A DNA stretch of 64,000 nt. It comes from Cyanobacteria bacterium P01_A01_bin.123. GTDB taxonomy: Bacteria > Cyanobacteriota > Cyanobacteriia > Phormidesmidales > Phormidesmidaceae. The stretch covers positions 206,149-270,148 of the forward strand of contig JBCBZT010000001.1 in the NCBI GenBank assembly GCA_039815185.1, read 5' to 3'. Numbering within the stretch: position 1 is the stretch's first letter; every line of letters starts with the position of its first letter. The translations under genes were made by a program, and so were the position numbers. Of the stretch, positions 30,472 to 40,328 are shown piece after piece. The notes below the pieces were generated by a model. That model was not told where the DNA came from. It saw only the letters and a list, made by a program, of their open reading frames with translations, and did no database searches.

Positions 30472-31911
30472 CTACTGATCGTTGAGCTGTTGGCGGATAT
30501 TCAACATCTCGGATTCTAATTGAGCTAGTTTCGCCTTCAGGGCAGCAATGTTAGGATGCGGAGCAGCCCCCTCTGGCTTTTGAGGCAAACGATTCACTAG
30601 CGATTGAGGCATTTGAGACTTTGCTCGAACCTGAAGCTGACTCTCCCTGCCCTTTTGAGGTAATTGGCTCACGATTCCCTGAGATAGGCGAGCCCTTGCT
30701 TGAGCCTCGGTCTGAACCCCCTCGACAATCTGTTCAAAATCAGCTTGCCTGCTGGTAAACGCCTGGCTAAAGCCATTGGCATAGGGACGCACTAACTCAG
30801 CCTGGGGCGGACTCAAAATTGCCAGAATCTGCTCAAACAACAACCGATTCGCTAACGCCGTCAATTCCCATTTGACCCCGATCGCCGGATTCACCATGAC
30901 GAACAAGGGGACAAGCTCATCTTCGATCGGTGACAGGCTTTCCTCTAAGAAGGACAGCCAAAAATAAGCCTGGGCCATCTGCAGATCGCGGATGGAAGAG
31001 TGAGCTACTTCTGGATCGCTGAGGAGTCCACGACGGCTGTAATGATGGGGTAATTGCGCTATCAACTGGTTGTGAACTTGATGGGCGATCGCCTGACTTT
31101 GGGGTAGACAGTGCTCAACAATAGCAAATATAGGACTGTCCAGCTCGTGAAGACTCGCTGCCAAGCAAACACGCTGCCAAGGTAGGGCAACCTGTTCTTC
31201 AACAAATCTAAAATAAGGGTAGATCAATACCTGTTCTGGCTTCGATAGGCCCTGAAGCAGTAGCTTGTTGCAGAAATTCAGCAGCGTCGTTAGAAAACCC
31301 AGAGTACGCCAGTTTTTCGAGAGGATATGCTGCTGTTGAAACTCGACCAGTAGCGGTTCTAGATCCATAGCCAACTGCTCAATGGGGGGCATTCCCCAAG
31401 TTTCCATAGAGAGATTTGCCCACGCCGAAGCAACACTGCCTTTGCGATCAGTGCCTCGGGGAATATACATAATCTTTTGCTTGTCAGCGACAGTGGGTGA
31501 AAGCTGATGATAGATTTCAGCCAGTTGTAGATAGATCAGCAAGGCAAATTCGGAGAGTCGTCGGGCATCACTAAGATTGACGACATTTGCAAGATAAGAA
31601 TAAAGAGATTTGGTTTGCAGGCTAGCCATTTGGCATTTGAGCACGACCACATTTTTAGTGATCTTAGAAGCTGTTTTGTAGCGACCTCTAATGGATGCCG
31701 TCTCAATCAGAGATTTTCGAAACTCTACTGTGTCTTCTATTTTTGATAGCGATGATAGATCGGGTATGTAACGTTGTCCCCAAATCTGAATCAATCGCTT
31801 GACTGATGGAGTTTGAGCCTGCGGTAACGACGGAATTAGCATAAGTGTGTGTGATGGTGATAATCGGAGAGAACACTCAGAAGATCTGACTGAGAAATAA
31901 GATTTGGCCAA
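30472..31911 (-). CDS. Hypothetical all-helical protein, possibly phycobiliprotein/globin-like fold, with C-terminal coiled coil
   Basis: 479-aa ORF. SSIRDLQMAQAYFWLSFLEESLSPIEDEL resembles the CxRD...PIEE helix pair of phycobiliproteins. The start may be the ATG near 31842. Confidence 0.6.
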   Translation of the reverse strand: MAKSYFSVRSSECSLRLSPSHTLMLIPSLPQAQTPSVKRLIQIWGQRYIPDLSSLSKIEDTVEFRKSLIETASIRGRYKTASKITKNVVVLKCQMASLQTKSLYSYLANVVNLSDARRLSEFALLIYLQLAEIYHQLSPTVADKQKIMYIPRGTDRKGSVASAWANLSMETWGMPPIEQLAMDLEPLLVEFQQQHILSKNWRTLGFLTTLLNFCNKLLLQGLSKPEQVLIYPYFRFVEEQVALPWQRVCLAASLHELDSPIFAIVEHCLPQSQAIAHQVHNQLIAQLPHHYSRRGLLSDPEVAHSSIRDLQMAQAYFWLSFLEESLSPIEDELVPLFVMVNPAIGVKWELTALANRLLFEQILAILSPPQAELVRPYANGFSQAFTSRQADFEQIVEGVQTEAQARARLSQGIVSQLPQKGRESQLQVRAKSQMPQSLVNRLPQKPEGAAPHPNIAALKAKLAQLESEMLNIRQQLNDQ

Positions 31912-32085
31912 TGCGGTTTACAGGTAGTAAAAATTAACCGGTGCAGGCAACACGGTGGCGAGCAAGAGAGGCATCGCAAGGCTAAAAGCATTTAAGATGT
32001 GTCTGGCTTTTGGGGTTTGTATAGCTTGTTACCAGATGACTCTCCCTAGTTTGACCCAGGCATTCAGCCATTCATAAGTATTCAT

Positions 32086-32370
32086 TCAGCCGTTAGAAGT
32101 TTCTATTAATTCTTCTAAATGTGAAGCGTTTATGCCTAGCCATTCCACTGTTTGATTAAATCCCCAGCCGCGATATTGAGCGATTGCTTGAATCTGTTTG
32201 AGAGTGATGGGTGTCCACTTAGAAGGCGACTGTACCCTCAGCCAGTCATTGAGAATGTTGCTTGGAATATGTAAGCTATCTGCTAATTCGTCAGGGCTTT
32301 TTCCTCTAGATACTTCGAGTTCTAACCAAGCCACCAATACTTGAATATTCCAAGGATAGTAGTTATACAT
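32086..32370 (-). CDS. Small XRE-like helix-turn-helix protein
   Basis: KSPDELADSLHIPSNILNDWL...ITLKQIQAIA fits an XRE HTH pattern. Confidence 0.55.
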   Translation of the reverse strand: MYNYYPWNIQVLVAWLELEVSRGKSPDELADSLHIPSNILNDWLRVQSPSKWTPITLKQIQAIAQYRGWGFNQTVEWLGINASHLEELIETSNG

Positions 32371-32440
32371 TGTTAGGCATCTTTCATATCATTGTTTTCT
32401 CTTTAGATGCACTCATTTTGTCAACACAGGCTAATGAAAC

Positions 32441-33580
32441 CTATAACAAATTTGGGCATAAAACCTTGAAGAATTGAGCTTCTACAGGCGTCATATCAGT
32501 CTGAATTAACAATTGTTGGAAGTTGCGAATGATAGCGCTGCAACGCTGAATAAAACGATATATCCAATGTTTAAGATCTTTTCGTTGATTTACATCCAAA
32601 TCCTTTGATTTTGCCAAGCTCAACACGAGCTTACGATCTTTATAGGGTTCAATCGGAACTAGCCAAGGTGTCTTAGGTTTTGTTTCGTTCCAATATCTAG
32701 CAGTTAAAGTTTCTCCTAGAAATTTCTGTGCAGTTTTGTTGAGGATAGTCATAACGGTTAAGTAAGAAGCTAGCTCTGTTGGCTGACTATTGAGCTGTGA
32801 GGAGATTAAGACTGTTGCTTGGCGCGAGGGCAGTGGCTTTGACAATAAATAGCCTTGACCATACGCACACCCTAAAGCCTTCATAGCAATTAGCTGCTCA
32901 TCAGTCTCAATACCTTTCGGAATGACTTGAATATTAGCCTTGCTAGCTATTGATATGGTCGTTTTTAAGAAATCCTCCATGCACAAGCTATTTGATAGTT
33001 GATACATATCAATCTTGCTGATTTTAAGCGCTTTAATTGGCAAGCTAAACCAGTCTTGATAAGAGAGATCTGAAAAATGTAAGTCATCTATGCAAATTGA
33101 AATCCCCGCTCTCTTAAATCGGTTAATGGCAGTCTTTGCATCTGATCGATTTTGCATTACCCATTGCGCAGGAATTTCTAATTGTAGATAACCAGGTGCT
33201 ATTCCGATTGAAGTTAGCGACTGTTCTATAAACTCAGCAAAATACGAGCAGAATAATGGTTTAACAGAGAGATCAATGCTCAAGCATGAGAGGACATCTC
33301 CTACATATTGCATCTGCCATGATTGTAGTTGTCGGCAAGCTTCATCAAGTACCCATTGGTGAAAGGGAATATCTAATTGAGATTTCTCTGCCCGTGTCAG
33401 TGGATTAGATGAATAGAGTCTTGCCTTATCTGGCTGCCAGTAGGTGAGACCTTCAAAAGAATATAGGTTCTGAGTTTCAAGGCAGATAATCGGCTGATAG
33501 CAAAGCCGAAATTCTCGTTTGAAGTAAGATGATGCAACGCTAGCGTCGGTTGAATACCGAATTGCCATTTCTCGGTTCAC
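32441..33580 (-). CDS. Degenerate EAL-domain protein with C-terminal unknown domain
   Basis: LCYQPII and GQGYLLSKPL are retained. EAL>EGL, DDFGTG>DDLHFS, KID>KIS, AEGVE>PKGIE. Confidence 0.8.
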   Translation of the reverse strand: MNREMAIRYSTDASVASSYFKREFRLCYQPIICLETQNLYSFEGLTYWQPDKARLYSSNPLTRAEKSQLDIPFHQWVLDEACRQLQSWQMQYVGDVLSCLSIDLSVKPLFCSYFAEFIEQSLTSIGIAPGYLQLEIPAQWVMQNRSDAKTAINRFKRAGISICIDDLHFSDLSYQDWFSLPIKALKISKIDMYQLSNSLCMEDFLKTTISIASKANIQVIPKGIETDEQLIAMKALGCAYGQGYLLSKPLPSRQATVLISSQLNSQPTELASYLTVMTILNKTAQKFLGETLTARYWNETKPKTPWLVPIEPYKDRKLVLSLAKSKDLDVNQRKDLKHWIYRFIQRCSAIIRNFQQLLIQTDMTPVEAQFFKVLCPNLL

Positions 33581-34641
33581 TGTAGCTGTATTCCTTAAAA
33601 ACTGACTTGTTATACAAAAATTCCTTAAAAAAATGACTCCTCAGACTCATCATTCCCTATAGTCTGATCGGCACAACAGCCTTTCCAAAACTAGTGTAAA
33701 AATCAGGCAAATTCAAATAAATGTCAACTCTTAGAAAATTCAAATCCCTTTCATAGCAAAGATTTTAGAATTTGTAAATATATATCAACACATAAAACAT
33801 AGAAAAACATTTAAATAGCATTTTCAGTCTTTCAAGCCTACGACAACATCCACATATTCTCTGGCAAGAGATATGTAGAATGGCGCAAGCCCATTAAGTA
33901 TTTTTCAGGCGTTAGGAGTGTGTTTGATCTATTTAGATCTGTCTATACATTAGTGGATATGGCATCTATAGCTATCAGGCAGATTTATTGAAATAAACTT
34001 ACCTTATCTGGATAAAATCCTATCATGGCATTAGGAGTAATAGGGAAAATAGGGGCTGAAAGTCATTATCTTTATAAGCATTTAAAACGTTTCGCCAATA
34101 GCAATACTCATTAGTAATTCTCTGCACAGAGATTTTTTAAGCGCTACAGCCAACAGGGAGTGCTTAATTCTTCCAAAAAAATAGCTATTACGCTAGCTAT
34201 CTCAAGTTCGAGAAAGCAATAAAATGCTTGCTGCGCAAAGGTTATAACTGAGTCTTAAGCACTATTCTTTTTTTGAAAAATAATTAATGGATGTTCCTGG
34301 TTAGGGGTTCCCCTGATCAAAACTAGATTTGCAAGCAATTTAGAAAACCTTTTGAGGCGATGCTAACCCTTTAAGTTTCGTTAATTGCCAAGTTGGGCAA
34401 GAGCCAAAACCGCACTCTTGTCCAGCTTTATGTGGACAGTCTTTATCCCATTCCTGAACACGTTAGGCTAGATACAGCTAATCAGATTAGCTTCAATCGC
34501 CAATGAAAAAAGTGTGAGAGTTTTCTTATATTCATGAGAGTTTTCTCATGTTCAATACGGTTTCAGGATTGAGCCTATTGGACTTACTCACTACACCCAA
34601 TTTGTGCTTAGCTTATTAATTGATTATATGCAAATTTAGGG

Positions 34642-34681
34642 CCTAGAGAGGATGTTTGTTTCGACAAATATCCTCTCTAGG
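34642..34681. promoter_or_regulatory. 40-bp inverted repeat directly upstream of marR (candidate operator or leader hairpin)
   Basis: CCTAGAGAGGATGTTTGT-TTCG-ACAAATATCCTCTCTAGG, 18-bp arms with one G-T. Confidence 0.6.
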
Positions 34682-34693
34682 TACATTTGTCGC

Positions 34694-35173
34694 ATGGAAC
34701 AAGCCACCCCCGACCTGCAGCAAGAATTGGAGACTCAACCTTTCGAGTTGCCTGAGCAAGAAGCTTACCTCAACCTGGTACACACTCACTCAGTCCTTGA
34801 AAGCGAGTTTGCTCGCCTGTTTAAGCAACATGGGTTGTCCCAACCCCTCTATAACGTCCTAAAGGTAGTGATTCGAGCGGGAAGTCAGGGGGTTCCCAGT
34901 CAATCGATTGCCCAGTATATGCTGGCAAACGACCCAGACATCACGCGCTTGGTTGATCGGCTCGAAAAGATCGGACTGGTCACGCGAGAGCGGGGCACCC
35001 AAGATCGGCGATTGGTGTGGGTCAAAATTACCGATGACGGCTGTCGTCAGATTGAGGCATTGGAAGCCCTGGTCAAGGCACTCCATAAGCGCCAACTGAG
35101 CCATATGAGCGCAGCCAAGCTAGCACAACTGAACCAGTTATTAGTCGAAGCAAGGCATCCCCCAATGCCCTAG
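34694..35173 (+). CDS. MarR family transcriptional regulator
   Basis: GLSQPLYNVL, DPDITRLVDRLEK.GLV.RER...DRR. The ORF-track start (34652) lies inside the hairpin, so ATG 34694 is preferred. Confidence 0.9.
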   Translation: MEQATPDLQQELETQPFELPEQEAYLNLVHTHSVLESEFARLFKQHGLSQPLYNVLKVVIRAGSQGVPSQSIAQYMLANDPDITRLVDRLEKIGLVTRERGTQDRRLVWVKITDDGCRQIEALEALVKALHKRQLSHMSAAKLAQLNQLLVEARHPPMP

Positions 35174-35181
35174 CCCATCTA

Positions 35182-35223
35182 TCTTGTTAGGACATCAATC
35201 TTTCTTGTTAGGACATCAATCTT
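35182..35223. repeat. Perfect 21-bp tandem duplication
   Basis: TCTTGTTAGGACATCAATCTT x2. Confidence 0.9.
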
Positions 35224-35361
35224 TTTTCTGATTTAATTGTTTTAACAACTATGTTGACAACCAAAGCCTGTGCAGGGCAGATCAAGACTGCTGAATTTAA
35301 CCCTCTTGAATTTGCATCGGTCTTTCTGAACCAGGTGTGAATCAAGCCAGTCGTGTGAAGA

Positions 35362-37425
35362 TTATGCGGTCTGTGTCTGCTTTTGCCGCAAAAAGTTAGC
35401 TGTATTCTGCGGATCGAGTGCTTTGGCAAACAGAAAACCTTGTCCGATGTCACACCCGATTGCTTTCAGATGACAGAGTTGAGCTTCATTTTCAACGCCC
35501 TCTGCAATCACATCCATCTTCAGGCTATGGGCCAGTGAAACAATAGTTTGAATGATTTCTAAATCTTCATCTTGAGTCCCTAGACGATGGGTGAACGATC
35601 GGTCAATTTTGAGGGTATGGACGGGGAAGCGCCGTAAGTAGCTGAGAGAAGAATAACCTGTCCCAAAATCATCCATGGCCAACCGAATTGAGGACGCTTC
35701 TAGGTCTTGGAAAATTGAAGTCGCTGCAGTTGGATTTTCCATCAACAAGCTTTCTGTAATTTCCAGCTGTAGATAATGTGGATCTAAACCTATTTCTGAT
35801 AAGACTTTGAGGATTTGAGTCGCGAGTTGTGGATTAGATAGCTGTTTGCCAGAAAGGTTAACGCTAATCGTAAAGGGAAATGGCAACAACGCTTGCTTCA
35901 ACCAGCTTTCCACCTGCTGACAGGCTTGCAACAACACATATTGACCAATGGGAATAATCAGCCCAGTTTCCTCAGCAATAGGGATAAATTGCTCTGGGGA
36001 AATAAGGCCTTTTTGGGGATGATGCCAGCGCAATAGCGCCTCAAGCCCCACTAGCCGATTAGAGGTTAGGGCAATGAGGGGCTGATAGTGAACCTTAAGT
36101 TCTTGACGTTCGATCGCGTATCTTAAATCAGTTTCGAGCTGTAGACGCAACATTGCTTGGTAATGCATCTCTTGGTCGAAGATTGCATAACAAGCGCCTC
36201 CCTTAGCTTTGGCTCGATACATAGCAGTATCTGCTTCTCGGATTAAATCCCCAGGATGCTTTAAATCTGGTCGCCCTAAGGCAATCCCAATGCTGGCACT
36301 GGTGAAAACTTCACGGCCCTCCAGTGCAAAAGGTTTCGTCAGGGCCGTATTAATCCGTTCTGCGACCTGAGTGACATCATCTATATGGCTTAATTCCTCT
36401 AGCAAAATTGCAAATTCATCACCACTCAAACGGGCTAGCATATCACTTGCCCTGAGTTGATGTTGAATTCGGAGTGCAAAACGACTCAAAAGTTGATCCC
36501 CTGCCCTATGCCCCAAGCTGTCGTTGATCACCTTAAACTGATCTAAGTCAATAAAGAGGAGTGCAAAGTGACAATGAGAATGCCGTTGAGATAGGTCAAT
36601 AACATGTTGCAGGCGTTCATTGAATAGAACCCGATTAGGAAGGCGGGTTAAGGCATCATAGACCTGCCTACGTTCAGTGAGTTCTCTTAGGGAAATGAGA
36701 TAGGCTGGCGCTCCCTGCCAAATAATTTCATTGCAGACAAAGTCAACCCAGATCGGCTTCAGCCCTGGACGATAAATATCAATTTCTGCTTGGCTATTAA
36801 CAGTAACAGGAATGCCTAAAGATTGCCCCAGTAGTTCAGTGGCTGGCCGATTGAAAAGCTTCTCTGCAGCCTGATTTGCAAAAATAACATCTCCATCCTG
36901 GTTAACAACCACAAGACCATCAACCATACTTTGCAGGATTATCCGTAAATCATTCTCTTGTCTTTGGAGCGAGTCTTGGATGGTTTTTTGCTCAGTGATA
37001 TCGTTTTGGATCCCCAAAAAGTGGGTTAAATTCCCTTCTAGATCGTGGATTGGTGTGATATACAGATCATTCCAAAATGGTGTTCCATCTTTGCGAAAGT
37101 TTTGCAAAATGACATGGCAATCCTGCTTCTTTTGAATCGCTGTGTTGAGTTGATACCGAGCTAACTGTTCTCGCTCTTCGCCCTGTAAGAAGCGACAGTT
37201 GCGATTCAAAACCTCCTCAGCCGTATATCCTGTAATGCGTTCAAAGGCCGGATTTACATAAATAATTGGGTTATTAGGTTGAGTCGGATCTGTAATCACA
37301 ATGCCATTGCTAGCATAAGCCACAGCACGTTGCATTAAATCGAACCAAGATGCTTTATCCAAAGGGCTCTGGTCTAAAGATCGCAAAGATTGTGTAAGAG
37401 AATGAGCCACGGTGCGTGCCCGCAA
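35362..37425 (-). CDS. LOV-PAS-GGDEF-EAL protein (blue-light c-di-GMP enzyme candidate)
   Basis: NPIIYVNPAF..ITGY..EEVLNRNCRFLQG, NFRKDGTPFWN; SGDEF; EALLRW; DDFGTGYSSL. Start uncertain. Confidence 0.9.
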   Translation of the reverse strand: MRARTVAHSLTQSLRSLDQSPLDKASWFDLMQRAVAYASNGIVITDPTQPNNPIIYVNPAFERITGYTAEEVLNRNCRFLQGEEREQLARYQLNTAIQKKQDCHVILQNFRKDGTPFWNDLYITPIHDLEGNLTHFLGIQNDITEQKTIQDSLQRQENDLRIILQSMVDGLVVVNQDGDVIFANQAAEKLFNRPATELLGQSLGIPVTVNSQAEIDIYRPGLKPIWVDFVCNEIIWQGAPAYLISLRELTERRQVYDALTRLPNRVLFNERLQHVIDLSQRHSHCHFALLFIDLDQFKVINDSLGHRAGDQLLSRFALRIQHQLRASDMLARLSGDEFAILLEELSHIDDVTQVAERINTALTKPFALEGREVFTSASIGIALGRPDLKHPGDLIREADTAMYRAKAKGGACYAIFDQEMHYQAMLRLQLETDLRYAIERQELKVHYQPLIALTSNRLVGLEALLRWHHPQKGLISPEQFIPIAEETGLIIPIGQYVLLQACQQVESWLKQALLPFPFTISVNLSGKQLSNPQLATQILKVLSEIGLDPHYLQLEITESLLMENPTAATSIFQDLEASSIRLAMDDFGTGYSSLSYLRRFPVHTLKIDRSFTHRLGTQDEDLEIIQTIVSLAHSLKMDVIAEGVENEAQLCHLKAIGCDIGQGFLFAKALDPQNTANFLRQKQTQTA

Positions 37426-37933
37426 CAGTTCAGACGAAATATTAAGGGCTTGACTCTATTACTCATTTAGTCCCCAATCATAAATCCCATAGCATTGGTT
37501 TGACGGTAGAAAAAACAAAAAATTTATATTCGCAGCTAATGTAAAAAGCCACGGGTTTCTTCAAGAATTCATATCTATAATTGTCGTGATTTTACGGATT
37601 CACTATCAGCAATTTTGATATGCATAGATTTTTCTTGATCTGCATTGCCGTAATTTTTCGGATGCAACATCAGCTGATTGAATGAGTTTTAGCTTTTCCG
37701 TAATTGCACCTTTATGATTGGGTAAATTATTTAAGCTTTACATGCAACCTTTCCCCATCCCGCACTTATTTTTGCAAAGTCAACGTCATGGGGATGTAAG
37801 TGATGGCACGATCGCCCTTTTCTCGATAATTCAATCAAGGGCGATCGCGATCTGTTGTGCTGACATGGGTTAAGGAATCTGCTAGCCTCTGCCCCATAGA
37901 TGTTGCAGTCTTGAAATCTTCTGGGCGTTTGCC

Positions 37934-38776
37934 GTGAACCCTCAAATTGAATCAGCGCGCTTGTGGGAACCCAATTTACCCGGCATCGAGCTTTTCGAAG
38001 CACAGTTGCTTCACCATCGGTTCAATAAACACTTTCATGAGGCTTACACCATTGGCCTAAATGAACGGGGACAAGGGTGTTGTCAGCATCATGGCGAGAA
38101 TTATTTCCATTATCCCGGCAGTTTTAACCTGATCAATCCGGGGGACCTGCATACAGGCCAAGTTGCGTCTGCTGACGGCTGGACTTTTCGCAATTTATAC
38201 GTTGGTCTGCCGCTGATTGAACAAATGCTGACTCAGCTGGAGTGGTCAGGTCAGGGGATTCCCTACTTTAAGGCGCCCGTTGTCTGGGAATCTTCCCTAC
38301 GTCCCATCTTCTACCAGCTTTTTAATGCCCTGAGCGAATCGAACGCTCAGCTTGCGCAGCAATCGCTTTTGCTTGAACTGCTGTCGGGGTTATTTCGAGT
38401 CAATGCTGAGCAACGCTTTCATTTGAGACCCCCCAAACCAGAATCAAAAGCAGTTGCCCGTATCCGTGCCTATCTTGAAGCCCACTACGCTGCGAACGTC
38501 GCTATTGATGACTTAGCGCAACTGGTTAATCTGAGTCCGTATTATTTAATCCGCTGTTTTCGTCAGCAAGTCGGTTGTCCACCCCATCAGTACCAACGGC
38601 ATTGGCAGCTTCGGCGGGTCAAACAAGCTTTACGAACCTCGAAATCCCTCTCCGCCATTGCCATAGAGCATGGATTTTATGACCAAAGTCATCTGAATCG
38701 CGTGTTTAAGCAAACCTTTGGTGTTACGCCAGGACAGTATCAAAAAGGCAATTCTGTCCAATACGGTTCAGCTTAA
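37934..38776 (+). CDS. AraC family transcriptional regulator
   Basis: Cupin FNKHFHE; C-terminal double HTH ending GFYDQSHLNRVFKQTFGVTPGQY. Confidence 0.92.
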   Translation: MNPQIESARLWEPNLPGIELFEAQLLHHRFNKHFHEAYTIGLNERGQGCCQHHGENYFHYPGSFNLINPGDLHTGQVASADGWTFRNLYVGLPLIEQMLTQLEWSGQGIPYFKAPVVWESSLRPIFYQLFNALSESNAQLAQQSLLLELLSGLFRVNAEQRFHLRPPKPESKAVARIRAYLEAHYAANVAIDDLAQLVNLSPYYLIRCFRQQVGCPPHQYQRHWQLRRVKQALRTSKSLSAIAIEHGFYDQSHLNRVFKQTFGVTPGQYQKGNSVQYGSA

Positions 38777-38833
38777 GCAGCCATAGTCTGGAGCGAGTGG
38801 GTAAAGCTCTCCAGATCGCGCTTGGATGGACTG

Positions 38834-40024
38834 ATGACTATTTTCAAAGATTTCTCAATTTCTGCGGTGATCGCAGGGTTTGTCACGATATTAGTGGGGT
38901 TTACCAGTGCAGCGGTTATTGTTTTTCAGGCCGCGCAAGCCCTGGGCGCATCGCCTACCGAGCTGGGCTCCTGGCTGTGGGCGCTGGGCTTAGGCATGGG
39001 ACTCACGGGCATTACCCTATCGCTGCGCTATCGGGTTCCCATCGTGATTGCTTGGTCTACGCCGGGGGCTGCCATGCTGATCACTGCCGCCGCTGGGGTG
39101 ACGATGGAAGAGGCTATTGGTGCTTTTCTAATCTCCGCAGGGTTAATCACGGTTTCTGGCTTCACGGGTTGGTTTGAACGAATGATGGATCACCTCCCCG
39201 TCTCATTGGCTGCTGGAATGCTGGCAGGGGTGTTATTACCGTTTGGCCTAGAGGTTTTCACCGCGATGCAAACCCAGTTCTGGATGGTGTTTGCCATGTT
39301 TTGCGCATACCTGATCATGCGCTGTAGCGTACCCCGTTACGCGGTTATTGTCGCCTTAGCCATGGGAGTGATCATTGCAGGAAGTCAGGGGTTACTGCAA
39401 CTGGAGGGGCTGCAGATCCAATGGGCAACCCCGGTATTCACAGGCCCAACCTTTTCAATTAACGCTTTGGTGGGCATTGCGTTGCCATTATTTATGGTGA
39501 CGATGGCTTCCCAAAATGTGCCTGGTGTGGCAACCATTCGGGCTTTTGGCTATACCGTGCCCAGCTCTCCCCTGATTGGCTGGACTGGACTAGCAACCCT
39601 AATATTGGCGCCATTTGGTGCATTTGCGATCAACCTTTCGGCGATTACCGCAGCGATTTCGATGGGGCGAGAAGCCCACGAAAATCCAGAGAAGCGCTAT
39701 GTTGCAGCCCTCACCGTCGGTGTTCTCTACATTGTGATTGGGCTTTTTGGCGCAACTGTTAGTTCCATCTTTGCGGCACTGCCTCAAGAATTGGTGCTAG
39801 CCATTGCGGGACTGGCGCTTTTAGGCACGATTGGGAATGGGTTGGTTACCGCATTGGCTCAGGAAAAGGAACGTGAACCAGCACTGATTACCTTTCTCGT
39901 AACCGCATCCGGCGTCACCCTATTGGGCATCGGGTCAGCTTTCTGGGGGTTGATGGCGGGTATTTTGGCAATAGTCATCTCACGATTGAGCCACCAAGCA
40001 ATGCATTGGCAAGTGAAGAAGTAG
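38834..40024 (+). CDS. BenE family (benzoate/H+ symporter-like) transporter
   Basis: AWSTPGAA, TMASQNVPG, NLSAITAAI, TFLVTASG..LLGIGSAFWGL. ORF track starts at 38822. Confidence 0.9.
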   Translation: MTIFKDFSISAVIAGFVTILVGFTSAAVIVFQAAQALGASPTELGSWLWALGLGMGLTGITLSLRYRVPIVIAWSTPGAAMLITAAAGVTMEEAIGAFLISAGLITVSGFTGWFERMMDHLPVSLAAGMLAGVLLPFGLEVFTAMQTQFWMVFAMFCAYLIMRCSVPRYAVIVALAMGVIIAGSQGLLQLEGLQIQWATPVFTGPTFSINALVGIALPLFMVTMASQNVPGVATIRAFGYTVPSSPLIGWTGLATLILAPFGAFAINLSAITAAISMGREAHENPEKRYVAALTVGVLYIVIGLFGATVSSIFAALPQELVLAIAGLALLGTIGNGLVTALAQEKEREPALITFLVTASGVTLLGIGSAFWGLMAGILAIVISRLSHQAMHWQVKK

Positions 40025-40328
40025 TCTGATGCTGTTGGCGAAACAGTAACGCGTTCCTTTGATGTATTGTTCACGTATTGCGTTGGCTCAGACCCATCAA
40101 ACCGGCTTGAAGAGTAATGTAATTTGGGCCAGACATCAAAGTTTATAAAGCCACACAATCCCTTACGAACTGTAGCCTAGTGAACTTTTCCAAACGGGTT
40201 TCATCAATTCGTTATGGAAGGGTTAATGTGAGACTAACGCAGTTTGGAACATCCTAACCATGAGGTTTACAGGCGATGAGATGCCTGCGGAGCCCCATTG
40301 TTATCCCTTCAAAAAAAGGATGGATTTT

